Assembly: GCA_051313645.2 (NCBI GenBank)
Contig: JBNRSN020000194.1
Coordinates: 310,001-374,000, forward strand
Direction: 5' to 3'
Length of the DNA: 64,000 bases
Source of the DNA: Centroscyllium fabricii
Lineage: Eukaryota
Shown here: positions 10,101-20,500 of the stretch, piece after piece
Layout of the letters: the number at the start of each line of letters is the position of its first letter
How positions within the stretch are numbered: the first letter of the stretch is position 1
Notes under the pieces: generated by a model
The model's database searches: none
Told to the model about the DNA's origin: nothing
Seen by the model: only the letters and a program-made list of their open reading frames with translations
Translations under genes and position numbers: made by a program

Positions 10101-10824
10101 GGACCTGATTGACCTATGCGACCCAGTGCTAGAGTCAATCACAGGGGAGGAGGAGGGGTCGGAGGACGGGGGTTCCGTTCTCGACTCGAATGCCGACGAG
10201 GTAGGGATAGCGGGCGGAGACTCACCACCTGAGGAGATAGGTGAGGTGAGGTCAGAAGCCGCAAGAGATCCCAGTCCCGGGGAAGCGAAGCTGAAGGAGG
10301 GAGGGTCGGTGCTGGCAGCTGTGAAGGAGTCACAGGCTGCAGCACGATCCGGCCCGGCCTTCAGTTCGTCGACGAGGCGAGAGGAGGGAGCGTCGATGCT
10401 GACAGATGTGACGGGGTCACAGGCTGTAGCACGACCTGGCCCGGTCCTCAGGTCGTCGACCCAGGGGGCTCTCGGTTCCAGGGAAGCGAAGCTGGAGGGA
10501 GAGGGGTTGGTGCTGGCAGCTGTGAGGGAGTCACAGGCTGCAGCACAACCTGGCTCGGTCCTCAGTTCGTCGGCCCAGGGAGCAGTACCTAAAGGCACCC
10601 TCCGTCGATCGGAAAGGGTACCCCCGCCCAGGAAAGCTTGGCCAGAACCGTCATATGCCCTCAGGAACAGGAAAAGCCCCCGCAAAAGGATAATTATCCA
10701 CCCCCGACAAGCAGCACCAGGCTGCGGAGAATTAAAAGCAGCGACAGGCTGCGGGGAACCAAAGGGAAGGGTCAGCAAGGCACCGCCATGGGGAGCGGCC
10801 CACTACGACCCTGACAGGGGATAG
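7117..10824 (+). CDS. pol: Pol polyprotein: aspartic protease, reverse transcriptase, degenerate RNase H tether, RNase H, internally deleted integrase with long low-complexity tail
   Basis: Open from 7117. PR: WRRPLV..LLDTGAS (D 7222), IVGADFL. RT: YVDD at 8182-8193. Tether: ~8520-8930. RNase H: YVDGS (D 9076), AELSA, SDS, HS, GNQRAD (D 9469). IN zinc-finger His at 9769 and 9790, but no CxxC and no DDE core. Confidence 0.93.
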   Translation, partial: LRPALPIYLCPLRYDAWRRPLVEMEVERQEGNYLLDTGASCTVIHTEKPFNSPMSTGVPFALAGFTGKEQGGARSRPLSIQLGALHTTWECILLKWEEGGGRGIVGADFLGAHGIMIDLRNHCLWAAESGRGEVVVIGEEEEKGTLCTMKPSGGYDLDSLSKGVPADMQAAVTWNINAFATHKHDCGRVLGFEVSVQGDPMSRPQKQYNFPKEAESDLETAMSSLVRQGVLRPIATHVNSPLWPVRKPDNSWRATVDYRVLNSNIPACAPTVAAVADLIGSIPASATVFTVLDISNGFWSIPLRREDQYKFAFTFKGQQYTWNCLPQGFHNSPSIFHQCMAGSLKEFSQPSQIVQYVDDLLLFTDTRDEHLPLLGELLELLARKGFKINPKKARIGQTEVKFLGLTIRAGERAIDKVRRESVQELPIPTTVKGVRSFLGLTGYCRDFIEDYAATAAPLLRLLHKGVGWSWDEGCQAAFEKLKRDLQTAPALGAIEGGKEFSLEVAAGEDSLSAVLLQERHGKLRPVVYSSRVLTEVERGFSNCERHLLATHWAVKRSLIFTGTSPITLLTHHTPTRMLLDGRIKDGTVSSARIARWTLLLSQMDLKVEGLCEPKLAANLMYPGTTHRCSVEGVWEVNIGLRAGIHPTGREIYVDGSSTVVAGERLTGCGIFDPTADIALAVKLPRTMSAQQAELSAVAYVVTHPEIFPTPYTICSDSMFTCNSCTEYLAIWSRRGYTSTDGRPLTVKPLLEKILAAVGEEGEIFIHKVKAHSSTEPRGGGNQRADALAKEGAREGTFWDPYGSGPVAAIRDKEGNRPRVPLPLDLKTVQNQDPVLKAVLKAISEDKQVEGPYNRATLSVKEGMLFREEQWVVPQQHRREFLQLAHEGPGAGHPGPEVTWQRVDINQCKMYKSGTQGSTTGASPVSRNAQPSAGPQVAQAGKVACVKGEAPMEERRVSRAVWDSDGEEPDQHDQVLDLMDQHDQVLDPSGQPDQGLDLIDLCDPVLESITGEEEGSEDGGSVLDSNADEVGIAGGDSPPEEIGEVRSEAARDPSPGEAKLKEGGSVLAAVKESQAAARSGPAFSSSTRREEGASMLTDVTGSQAVARPGPVLRSSTQGALGSREAKLEGEGLVLAAVRESQAAAQPGSVLSSSAQGAVPKGTLRRSERVPPPRKAWPEPSYALRNRKSPRKRIIIHPRQAAPGCGELKAATGCGEPKGRVSKAPPWGAAHYDPDRG
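10021..10580 (+). repeat. Coding repeats in the Pol C-terminal tail
   Basis: Four 30-bp units (DQHDQVLDLM-like) at 10021-10140 and three ~30-aa units (VLAAVKESQAAARSGP-like) at ~10281-10580. Confidence 0.85.
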
Positions 10825-11649
10825 GTAGGCCGCCCGGGAGAGGCGGCACTGTATATAATGAAGAAAAATAAGTTTGGTAGTGTCAAGGGAGTAGCCCGAA
10901 TTAAGTTTCAATTTTGTTAAAGGTAAAGGGGAGTGTTTAGGTAATATGGGATCTGTCCAGGAGGCGTGCACATCTCACCACAGCCAGGCGCTCTTGGGAG
11001 GCCGGCAACCCCTTTGTTTGATTACAGAACCCAGAGAGGCGGGGATTCTGATGACGTGTGCGGGCATCAAAGATGGACTGGCCTGCCGGGGCCACACCGG
11101 GGAGTAAGGACGGCTGGGAATGGACCCAATGGAGCATCCCAGCACGTCGGAATCTGCTTGTGGAGAGACTTGGTTTTATGTGCCCCGGATCAAGACCATC
11201 GCACCCAGGACCGGCGCCATCATCGGTAAAAGGACTTACTTCCGTTAAGGGATAGGAAGATCCCAGCGAGCCGATGGTGGTGGCTGCAGAAGACCGCCAG
11301 AACACTGTACGGACTTTGGGACAAATGGGGGGATTGGTGAAGGGAAATGTGTGTGTTTATATGTTCCGGATGGTTGTGTGATGTCTTTCAAGTTAATAAA
11401 TGATGTGAACAGGTGGAGACGAAGGCATCGGCCTGGCAGACGTGGAAGGAACCAGGAGGTGTAAGCCATGGTTGTGTAAATATACGATTGCCCAGGGTAA
11501 AGGCAATGCGAGGTTGATCAAAGGGAATGGGAACCGCATGTGTCATGGGGCAAGAGTTAATTTAGGTAACCAGGAGAGTTGAGGTGTGGAGAATCGGGAA
11601 TCTTGCTCAACCTTTCTTAATTGATTCGCTAAGCAGGGTTATGCTAATC

Positions 11650-11661
11650 AACAGGAGGGAC
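11650..11661 (+). promoter_or_regulatory. Polypurine tract (short)
   Basis: AACAGGAGGGAC immediately before the TG of the 3' LTR. Confidence 0.7.
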
Positions 11662-13468
11662 TGTAAGGTCGCAATATTCCCTGTTAAATTAGATCCACAA
11701 AGACAAGAAACGAAGGATGGAGTATACACATTTTATTTTATTTGGACAATGGCAGACAAGACAGGCTGCGGCCTGATCAGAGAAAAGGGGCCTCCAAGAT
11801 GGCCGCCGGACCACATGGCACAGTACAAACCGAAACCAAAAACCCAACTCGAAAAGCCCGCGAAGAAACCAGACATAAAGGCGCTGTTAAACCTGGAAAT
11901 AAATAGCCTGCCTTTTAGAGGCCGATTAGCCCGACAAAGAAATGCACCCAGTTTAAATAATCACCCAAAACAACTGCAGAAATGAAGCAGCTGGTCCGTT
12001 CAGCCAGCTACAGAAATTGTATACCCTTCCAGCAGAAAGCGATTAGCACCCTTGAAAACAAAGGGGCTCTAACCTGAGAAGTTAGAGCCGCCATCAAACT
12101 ATTACCGGCAGGCTTGGCTAGACAAAAGGGGTGCTATAACCGCTTTCCACACACAATACAGGCTCTAATGGGAAAGACATTAGGCAGTTCGACTTTGGGG
12201 TATAACTGGTAGGACTTTATACAGTTCGCTCTCTTGAAAAATCTCTTCATCTCGGACTCCCTGGAGGAGGGGGGTTTGAATCTCTGGTAATAGAATCTCT
12301 TGGAAAGCGGTTGGAAACTCTTCTCTTATGACTTAGGACTCGTGGAGGCGACCTCTTGAAGCGGTGAGGTCTCTCTTGGCTCTTGGAATCGACTCGTGGA
12401 GGCGACCTCTTGAAGCGGTGAGGTCTAGCAGTGACTTTGGGTGGGCTGTCTTTCTCGAAGACTCCAGTTCAGCTTTCTGGGCGCAGGGCAAGCAGGGTGA
12501 AGGCTCTGGCAGGACAGCAGAGTTGGGTCAGGGCAGTATCGCATCGGAAAACCATTGCCGGTGAGGTAGTTAGTTGCTGAGGCCCATTAGCGAAGCAAAA
12601 GTGAGTGAGTTAGAACAAGACTGGTTGCCGTTGGCTCGAGAGAAACCATCATTCAAAGAGTGGGAGAACAATTAGGCTAGCAGCCCGTTACAGTTCGGCT
12701 TGAGAGGGCAGGATCGGCATACCCCAGGGTCCGGTTCAGCCAGGGAGACGGTGTGGTTGGTGCGAGGAGATCGAGCAGCCTCGAGGAATCCGTCCGGGAC
12801 CAGCCCGAGCAGGAGCGACCACCGCCCAAAGGGAGAAAACAACGAGTGGACTCCCGAATCTTCCACAGCCACGTGACGACCGACGCTGCAGCCGAAGAAA
12901 CGAAGGACTTCGTAGCAGAACCCGAGTATTACCGAGTGGTGAGCATGTGCATTGATCCTACACACCTGGACATAGCTAGGCAATAGAGGGAAGGGTGGTT
13001 CATTTGGGGTGTAATTTTAGAGTCATTGCCCCGATTTACGATGTGTCGTGCGTTCCCCATCCTATGAGTTGTTTGTGTATGTGCATATGTATATATATCT
13101 ATTTGGGAACAATTGTTGGTGTTCCATACTGTGTTGACCTGAGAAAATACAACCTAACTGCTGTAGATATATCTCTTGGTGTAATAAACCGTTATCCTTG
13201 CTGCTGTAAATATATCTCTTGGTGTAATAAAAACCTTCCAACTTTAAAAACTTTTATTCGAGTCAATAGTCTGAGTCCAATCGGCATCCATCTCTCTCTC
13301 TCTCTCTCTCTTCCTGCACCTAAGTCCAGCGTCTAGAACCGTAAAGAGTGAGCGATTCGAACCGCTCGCGGGGGAGGAGGTTATTGCGCGAGGCCTAGCG
13401 GACTGCTAGCGCAAGGCAGTAACGGACCCCAAGTCGTACAGTAAAATATACGGCGCACGCTCCTTACA
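11662..13468 (+). repeat. 3' LTR (1,807 bp)
   Basis: Direct copy of 3385-5191. About 9 substitutions found by eye and no indels seen. Confidence 0.97.
13183..13231 (+). terminator. Tandem polyadenylation signals in the 3' LTR (5' LTR copies at 4906 and 4949)
   Basis: AATAAA at 13183 and 13226. Each ends one copy of a duplicated 31-bp unit CTGCTGTARATATATCTCTTGGTGTAATAAA. Confidence 0.65.
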
Positions 13469-13472
13469 AGAG
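13469..13472 (+). repeat. Target-site duplication, right copy (AGAG)
   Basis: CCTTACA|AGAG TACCCGCCCC. Confidence 0.93.
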
Positions 13473-14559
13473 TACCCGCCCCTGACTGAGGATACTCAGA
13501 GCAGTCACCCCTGACTGATGATACTGAGATCACTCGCCCCTGACTGAGGATACTTGGAGCACCTGCCTCTGACTGAGAATACTTGGAGCACCCGCCCCTG
13601 ACAGAGAATACTCGGAGTACCCGCACCTGACTGAGGATACTAGCAGCACCCGCCCCTGACTGAGAATACTCAGAGCACCCGCCACTGACTGAGAATAATC
13701 AGAGCACCCGCCCCTGACTGAGATTACTCGGAGCACCCGTCCCTGACTGAGAATACTGAGAGCACACACCCCTGACTGAGAATACTCAGAGCACCCGCCC
13801 CTGACTGAAAATTCTCAGAGCACCACCCCCCTGACTGAGAATATTTGGAGTACCCGCCCCTAACTGAGAATACTCGGAGCACCAGCCCATGACTGAGAAT
13901 ATTCAGTGCACCCACCCCTGACTGAGAATACTCGGAGCACCCGCCCCTGACTGAGAATACTCAGAGCACTCGCCCCTGACTGCGAATACTTGGTGTACCC
14001 GCTCCTGACTCAGAAAACTTGGATTACCCGCCCCTGACTCAGAATACTCAGGGCACCTGTCACTGTCTGAAAATACTAGGAGTACCCGCCCCTGACTGAG
14101 AATACTCAGAGCACCTGACCCTGACTGAAAATACTAGGAGCACCCGTCCCTGACTGAGAATACTCCGAGCAACCGGCTCTGACTGAGAATACTAGGAGCA
14201 CCCGCCTCTGACTGAGAATACTGAGAGCACCCGCCCCTGACTGAGAATACTCGGAGCTCCCGCCCCTGTCTCAGAAGATTTGGAACACCCGCCCCTGACT
14301 GAGAATACTCAGAGCTCCCGCACCTGACTGAGAATACTTGGAGCACACACCCATGACTGAGAATACTCGAAGCACACACCCCTGACTGAGAATACTCGGG
14401 GTACACGCCCCTGACTGAGAATACTCAGAGCACTCGCCCCTGACAGAGAATACTCAATGCACCCGCCCATGAATGAGCATACTGAGAGCACCCGCCACTG
14501 ACTGAGAATACTCGGAGCACCTGCCCCTGAATGAGAATAATCGGAGCACCCGCCCCTGA

Positions 14560-17500
14560 CTGAGAATATTCAAAGCACCCACCTCTGTCTGAGAATACTG
14601 TGAGTACCCGCCTCTGACTGAGAATACTCGGGGCACCCGCCCCTGACTGAGAATACTCGGAGCATCCGCCCCTGACTGAGAATTCTCAAAGCACCCGCCA
14701 GTGACATAGGATACTGAGAGCACCCGGCCCTGACTGAGAATACTTGGAGTACCCGCCCCTAACTAAGGATACTAGGAGCACCAGCCCCTGACTGAGAATA
14801 CTCGGAGCACCCACCCCTGACTGAGAATACGCGGAGCACCTGCCACTGACTGAGAATACTGAGAACACCAGCCCCTGACTGAGATTACTCGGAGCACCCG
14901 TCCCTGACTGAGAATACTGAGAGAACACACCCCTGACTGAGAATACTCAGAGCACCCGCCCCTGACTGAGAATACTCAGAACACCACCCCCCTGACTGAG
15001 AATACTGAGAGCACCCGCCCCTGACTGAGAATACTCGGAGCTCCCGCCTCTGACTGAGAATATTTGGAGTACGCGCCCCTGACTGAGAATACTCGGAGCA
15101 CCCGCCCCTGACTGAGTATATTCAGAGCACCCACACCTGACTGCGAATACTCGGAGTACCCGCCCCTGACTGAGAATTCTCATGGCACCCGTCCCTGACT
15201 GAGAATACTAGGACTACCCGCCCCTGACAGAGAATAATCAGAGCACCAGCCCCTGACTGAGAATACTAGGAGCACCCGTCCCTGACTGAGAATACTCGGA
15301 GCACCCGCCTCTGACTGAGAATATTGGGAGCACCCGCCTCTGACTGAGAATACTGAGAGCACCCGCCACTGACTGAGAATACTCGGAGCTCCCGCCCCTG
15401 ACTCAGAATACTTGGAGTACCCGCCCATGACAAAGAATACTCGGAGCTCCCGCCCCTGTCTGAGAATACTTGGAGCACACACCCCTGACTGAGAATACTC
15501 GCAGCACACACCCCTGACTGAGAATACTTGGGTCACCCGCCCATGACTGAGAATATTCGGAGCACCTGCCACTGACTGAGAATACTCGGAGCACCCGTCC
15601 CTGACTGAGAATAATCGGAGCACCAACCCCTGACTGACAATACTTGGAGCACCCGCCCCTGACTGAGAATATTTGGAGTACCCGCCCCTGATTGAGAATA
15701 TTCGGAGCAACCGCCCCTGACTGAGAATACTGAGAGTAACCGCCCCTGACTGAGGATACTGAGAGCACCCGCCCCTGACTGAGAATACTCAGAGTACCCG
15801 CCCCTGACTGAGGATACTCAGAGCAGTCACCCCTGACTGATGATACTGAGATCACTCGCCCCTGACTGAGGATACTTGGAGCACCTGCCTCTGACTGAGA
15901 ATACTTGGAGCTCCCGCCCCTGACAGAGAATACTCGGAGTACCCGCACCTGACTGAGGATACTAGGAGCACCCGCCACTGACTGAGAATACTCGGAGCAC
16001 CCGCCACTGACTGAGAATTATCAGAGCACCCGTCCCTGACTGAGAATACTGAGAGCACAAACCCCTGACTGAGAATACTCAGAGCATCCGCCCCTGACTG
16101 AGAATACTCAGAGCACGACCCCCCTGACTGAGAATATTTGGAGTACCCGCCCCTAACTGAGAATACTCGGAGCACCAGCCCCTGACTGAGAATATTCAGA
16201 GCACCCAACCCTGACTGAGAATACTCGGAGCACCCGCCCCTGACTGAGAATACTCAGAGCACTCGCCTCTGACTGCGAATACTTGGTGTACCCGCCCCTG
16301 ACTCAGAATACTTGGATTACCCGGCCCTGACTGAGAATACTCAGGGCACCTGTCACTGACTGAAAATACTAGGAGTACCCGCCCCTGACTGAGAATAATC
16401 AGAGCACCTGACCCTGACTGATAATTCTAGGAGCACAGGTCCCTGACTGAGAATACTCCGAGCAACCGCCTCTGACTGAAAATACTAGGAGCACCCGCCT
16501 CTGACTGAGAATACTGAGAGCACCCGCCCCTGACTGAGAATACTCGGAGCTCCCGCCCCTGTCTCAGAATATTTGGAGCACCCGCCCCTGACTGAGAATA
16601 CTCAGAGCTCCCGCACCTGACTGAGAACACTTGGAGCACACACCCATGACTGAGAATACTCGCAGCACACACCCCTGACTGAGTATACTCGGGGTACACG
16701 CCACTGACTGAGAATACTCGGAGCACTCGCCCCTGACTGGGAATACTCGGAGCACCCGTCCCTGACTGAAAATACTCCCAGTACCCAACCCTGACTGATA
16801 ATACTTGGAGCACCCGCCCCGACGGAGAATACTTGGAGTACCCGCCCCTGACTGAGGATACTCAGAGCAGTCACCCCTGACTGATGATACTGAGATCACT
16901 CGACCCTGACTGAGAATACTTGGAGCACCCGCACCTGACAGAGAATACTCGGAAAACCCGCACCTGACTGAGGATACTAGGAGCACCCGCCCCTGACTGA
17001 GAATACTCGGAGCACCCGCCCCTGACTGAGATTACTCAGAGCACCCGCCACTGACTGAGAATAATCAGAGCACCCGCCCCTGACTGAGATTACTTGGAGC
17101 ACCCGTCCCTGACTGAGAATACTGAGAGCACACACCCCTGACTGAGAATACTCAGAGCACCCGCCCCTGACTGAGAATACTCACAGCACCACCCCCCTGA
17201 CTGAGAATATTTGGAGTACCCGCCACTAACTGAGAATACTCGGAGCACCCGCCCCTGACTGAGAATATTCAGAGCACCCACCCCTGACTGAGAATACTCG
17301 GAGCACCCGCCCCTGACTGAGAATACTCAGAGCACTCGCCCCTGACTGCAAATACTTGGTGTACCTGCCCCTGACTCAGAATACTTGGAGTACCCGCCCC
17401 TGACTGAGAATACTCAGAGCACCTGACCCTGACTGAGAATACTAGGAGCACCCGTCCCTGACTGAGAATACTCCGAGCACCCGCCTCTGACTGAGAATAC

Positions 17501-20500
17501 TAGGAGCACCCGCCTCTGACTGAGAATACTGAGAGCACCCGCCCCTGACTGAGAATACTCGGAGCTCCCGCCCCTGTCTCAGAATACTTGGAGTACAAGC
17601 CCCTGACTGAGAATACTCAGAGCACCCGCACCTGTCTGAGAATACTTGGAGCACACACCCATGACTGAGAATACTCGCAGCACACACCCTTGACTGAGAA
17701 TACTCGGGGCACCCGCCCCTGACTGTGAATACTTGGAGCACTCGCCCCTGACTGGGAATAGCCTGAGCACCCGTCCCTGACTGAAAATACTCCCAGTACC
17801 CAACCCTGACTGATAATACTTGGAGCACCCGCCCCTGACTGAGAATACTTGGATTACCCGCCCCTGATTGAGAATACTCGGAGCAACCACCACTGAGTGA
17901 GAATACTGAGAGCACCCGCACCTGACTGAGAATACTGTGAGCACGCGCCCATGACTGAGAATACTGAGAGCACCCGCCCCTGACTGAGAATACTGAGAGC
18001 ACCTGCCCCTGACTGAGAATACTGTGAGCACCCGCCCCTGACTGAGAATACTTGGAGTACACGCCCCTGACTGAAAATACTCGGAGCTCCCGCCCCTGAC
18101 TCAGAATACTGAGAGCACCGCCCCTGACTGATAATACTCAGAGCACCCGCCCCTGACTGAGAATACTGAGAGCACCAGCCCCTGACTGAGAATAATGAGA
18201 GCACGCGCCCCTGACTGAGAATACCCGGAGCACCCGCCCCTGACTGTGAATAGTGAGAGCACCCGCCCCTGACTGAGAATACTCAGAGTACCCGCCCCTG
18301 ACTGAGAATACTCGGACCACCCGCCCCTGACTGAGAATGGTTGGAGCACCCGCACCTGACAGAGAATACTTGGAGTACCCGCCCCTGACTGAGAATACTC
18401 GGAGTACCAACCACTGACTGAGAATACTCAGAGCACTCGCCCCTGACTGAAAATACTCGGAGTACACGCCCCTGACTGAGAATACTCGGAGTACCTGCCC
18501 CTGACTGAGAATACTCGGCGCGCCCGCCCCTGACTGAGAATACTCAATGCACCCGCCCCTGACTGAGGATACAGAGTGCACCCGCCCCTGACTGAGAATA
18601 CTCGGAGCAACTGCCCCTGAATGAGAATACTCGGAGTACCCGCCCCTGACTGAGAATACTTGGAGTACCCACCACTGACTGAGAATAATCAGAGCACTCG
18701 CCCATGACTGAAAATACTCGGGGTACACTCGCTTGACTGAGAAAATTCGGAGTACCTGCCCCTGACTGAGAATACTCAATGCACCCGCCCCTGAATGAGG
18801 ATACTGAGAGCACCCGCCACTGACTGAGAATACTCGGAGCACCTGCCCCGAATGAGAATAATCGGAGCACCCGCCCCTGACTGAGAATACTCAAAGCACC
18901 CACCTCTGTCTGAGAATACTGTGAGTACCCGCCTCTGACTGAGAATACTCGGGGCACCCGCCCCTGACTGAGAATATTCAAAGCACCCGACAGTGACTTA
19001 GGATACTGAGAACAACCGCCCCTGACTGAGAATACTTGGAGTACCCGCCCCTAACTAAGGATACTAGGAGCACCAGCCCCTGACTGAGAATACTCGGAGC
19101 ACCCACCCCTGACTGAGAATACTCGGAGCACCTGCCACTGACTGAGAATACTGAGAGCACCAGCCCCTGACTGAGATTACTCGGAGCACCCGTCCCTGAC
19201 TGAGAATACTGAGAGAACACACCCCTGACTGAGAATACTCAGAGCACCCGCCCCTGACTGAGAATACTCAGAACACCACCCCGCTGACTGAGAATACTGA
19301 GAGCACCCGCCCCTGACTGAGAATACTCGGAGCACCAGCCTCTGACTGAGAATATTTGGAGTACCCGCTGTTGACTGAGAATACTCGGAGCACCCGCCCC
19401 TGATTGAGTATATTCAGAGCACCCACACCTGACTGAGAATACTCGGAGTACCCGCCCCTGACTAAGAATTCTCATGGCACCCGTTCCTGACTGAGAATAC
19501 TAGGACTACCCGCCCCTGACTGAGAATACTCAGAGCACCTGCCCCTGACTGAGAATACTAGGAGCACCCGTCCCTGACTGAGAATACTCGGAGCACCCGC
19601 CTCTGACTGAGAATATTAGGAGCACCTGCCCCTGACTGAGAATATTGAGAGCACCCGCCACTGACTGAGAATACTCGGAGCTCCCGCCCCTGACTCAGAA
19701 TACTTGGAGTACCCGCCCCTGACAGAGAATACTCGGAGCTCCCGCCCCTGTCTGAGAATACTTGGAGCACACACCCCTGACTGAGAATACTCGCAGGACA
19801 CACCCCTGACTGAGAATACTCGGGTCACCCGCCCCTGACTGAGAATATTCAGAGCACCTGCCACTGACTGAGAATACTCGGAGCACCCGTCCCTGACTGA
19901 GAATATTCGGAGCACCCACCCCTGACTGATAATACTTGGAGCACCCGCCCCTGACTGAGAATACTTGGAGTTCCCGCCCCTGATTGAGAATATTCGGAAC
20001 ACCCACCCCTGACTGAGAATACTGAGAGTAACCGCCCCTGACTGAGGATACTGAGAGCACCCGCCCCTGACTGAGAATACTCAGAGTACCCGCCCCTGAC
20101 TGAGGATACTCAGAGCAGTCACCCCTGACTGATGATACTGAGATCACTCGCCCCTGACTGAGGATACTTGGAGCACCTGCCTCTGACTGAGAATACTTGG
20201 AGCACCCGCCCCTGACAGAGAATACTCGGAGTACCCGCACCTGACTGAAGATACTAGCAGCACCCGCCCCTGACTGAGAATACTCGGAGCACCCGTCCCT
20301 GACTGAGAATACTGAGAGCACACACCCCTGACTGAGTATACTCAGAGCACCCGCCCCTGACTGAGAATACTCAGAGCACCACCCCCCTGACTGAGAATAT
20401 TTGGAGTACCCGCCCCTAACTGAGAATACTCGGAGAACCCGCCCCTGACTGAGAATACTCAGAGCACTCGCCCCTGACTGTGAATACTTGGTGTACCCGC

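Larger units (their letters stand above)
3385..13468 (+). mobile_element. Endogenous retrovirus-like LTR element (lokiretrovirus/spuma-related), env-less, integrase core deleted
   Basis: Two 1,807-bp direct LTRs (TGTAAGG...CCTTACA), AGAG TSD, PBS, gag with CCHC, pol with PR-RT-tether-RNaseH-partial IN, and a PPT. The RT motifs PQKQY, NSPLWPVRKPD, LDISNGFWSIP, LPQGFHNSP and YVDD are retrovirus-like. The element call is secure; the family assignment is inference. Confidence 0.93.

Noticed and set aside
9516-10778. 420-aa antisense ORF as an HBZ/ASP-like gene
   Set aside because: It is the in-register shadow of the low-complexity Pol tail, with no recognisable domain. Not supportable without conservation data.
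3385-13468. True foamy virus, or Gmr1-type gypsy element
   Set aside because: The CCHC-containing gag, in-frame gag-pol, non-Lys PBS and lack of env/tas/bet argue against a foamy virus. The IN remnant lies after RNase H, not before RT as in Gmr1.
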